64,000 nt of DNA from NCBI GenBank assembly GCA_965659685.1, contig CBFHXB010000004.1, forward strand, positions 14,917-78,916. The letters run 5' to 3'. How positions within the stretch are numbered: position 1 is the stretch's first letter; each line of letters opens with the position of its first letter. The DNA is from Candidatus Poseidoniaceae archaeon (GTDB lineage: Archaea > Thermoplasmatota > Poseidoniia > Poseidoniales > Poseidoniaceae). Positions 63,312-64,000 of the stretch are shown piece by piece. The notes beneath the pieces were generated by a model, which searched no databases, was not told the origin of the DNA, and was given only the letters and a program-made list of their open reading frames with translations. Both the position numbers and the translations under genes were made by a program.

Positions 63312-64000
63312 ATGCTGGAGCTGTACTTCAGCACGCTGTCGTGGTCCCTTGCGGCCTTGATCATCGGCATTTTGCTGGGTACGCTGACCGGGCTGATCCC
63401 CGGTTTTCACGTCAACAACGTGGCCCTCATCCTGCTGGCCCTCTCGCCTGCGCTTCTCGAACTCGGCATCCCGCTCTACGCCGTGGCCGCCATCATCGTC
63501 TCCACCGGTACGGTCCACACCTTCCTGAATTACATCCCATCCGCCCTGATTGGGGCGCCGGACGGTGACACGGCGCTGTCCTTGCTGCCTGGCCACCGCA
63601 TGCTCCTGACCGGACACGCGACCCGTGGCGTGGCGTGGTCGGCACGGGGCTCCCAACTTGGGATGTTGCTCTCCTTGCCGTTGATCATCGTCGCCCGCTT
63701 CGCCTTTGGACCGGAACTTGGCCTCTACGACGGCCTGCGCTCCATCTTGCCCTTCGTCCTCCTCACGATCTCCTTGCTGCTTCTGGCCACGGAAACCACG
63801 CGTCTGGACTGGCCCGACCCGATTCAGCGCATGACCCGCGGCTATCTTGGTGAGAGCAGCCGTCTCGCCGGATTCATTGTGGCCACCGCCTTCTTCCTCC
63901 TTGCAGGCATGTACGGCTGGGCGGTGTTCGAACTGCCCGCCACCTCACCCGTTGGCATGCCCGACGCCTCGTTGTTGCTCCCAAGTTTGGCAGGACTGTT
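63312..64000 (+). CDS. TctA-like tripartite tricarboxylate transporter permease (archaeal DUF112/COG1784 type), 3'-truncated by window edge
   Basis: Translated by hand from ATG 63312 (absent from the ORF track): GILLGTLTGLIPGFHVNN, HTFLNYIPSALIGAP, LSLLPGHRMLLTG. Confidence 0.88.
   Translation, partial: MLELYFSTLSWSLAALIIGILLGTLTGLIPGFHVNNVALILLALSPALLELGIPLYAVAAIIVSTGTVHTFLNYIPSALIGAPDGDTALSLLPGHRMLLTGHATRGVAWSARGSQLGMLLSLPLIIVARFAFGPELGLYDGLRSILPFVLLTISLLLLATETTRLDWPDPIQRMTRGYLGESSRLAGFIVATAFFLLAGMYGWAVFELPATSPVGMPDASLLLPSLAGL

Overview
Archaeal chromosomal window, GC-rich (about 60% by eye), gene-dense, with no rRNA, CRISPR array, integrase or transposase seen. Marker genes (archaeal GluRS, uS15, ArcS, CarS, AglB, archaeal RNase HII, CAU tRNA) plus many acidic giant surface proteins point to Thermoplasmatota, most likely Marine Group II / Ca. 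Poseidoniales; this taxonomy is inference. About 37 CDS and one tRNA. The central ~34 kb (19999-53712) is a cell-envelope block. It holds two giant surface proteins (1811 and ~1917 aa, the latter built of Ca-binding DxDxDG repeats around a propeller-like insert), a three-gene class-III-signal (pilin-like) operon, and a beta-helix surface protein translationally coupled to a wHTH-STAND-TPR regulator behind a promoter with three 12-bp direct repeats. It ends with a prodomain-less subtilisin and a 3197-aa AglB. Other notable items are a pyroglutamyl-peptidase/NUDIX fusion, an apparently inactive DHH/RecJ-like gene after rps15, a multi-OB-fold membrane protein coupled to an orphan TctA permease, and small C-terminal tail motifs on many membrane-anchored proteins. 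All family calls come from motif recognition by eye, not database searches. Many start codons were moved from the ORF track using RBS motifs and a TATA-like box seen 22-24 nt upstream.
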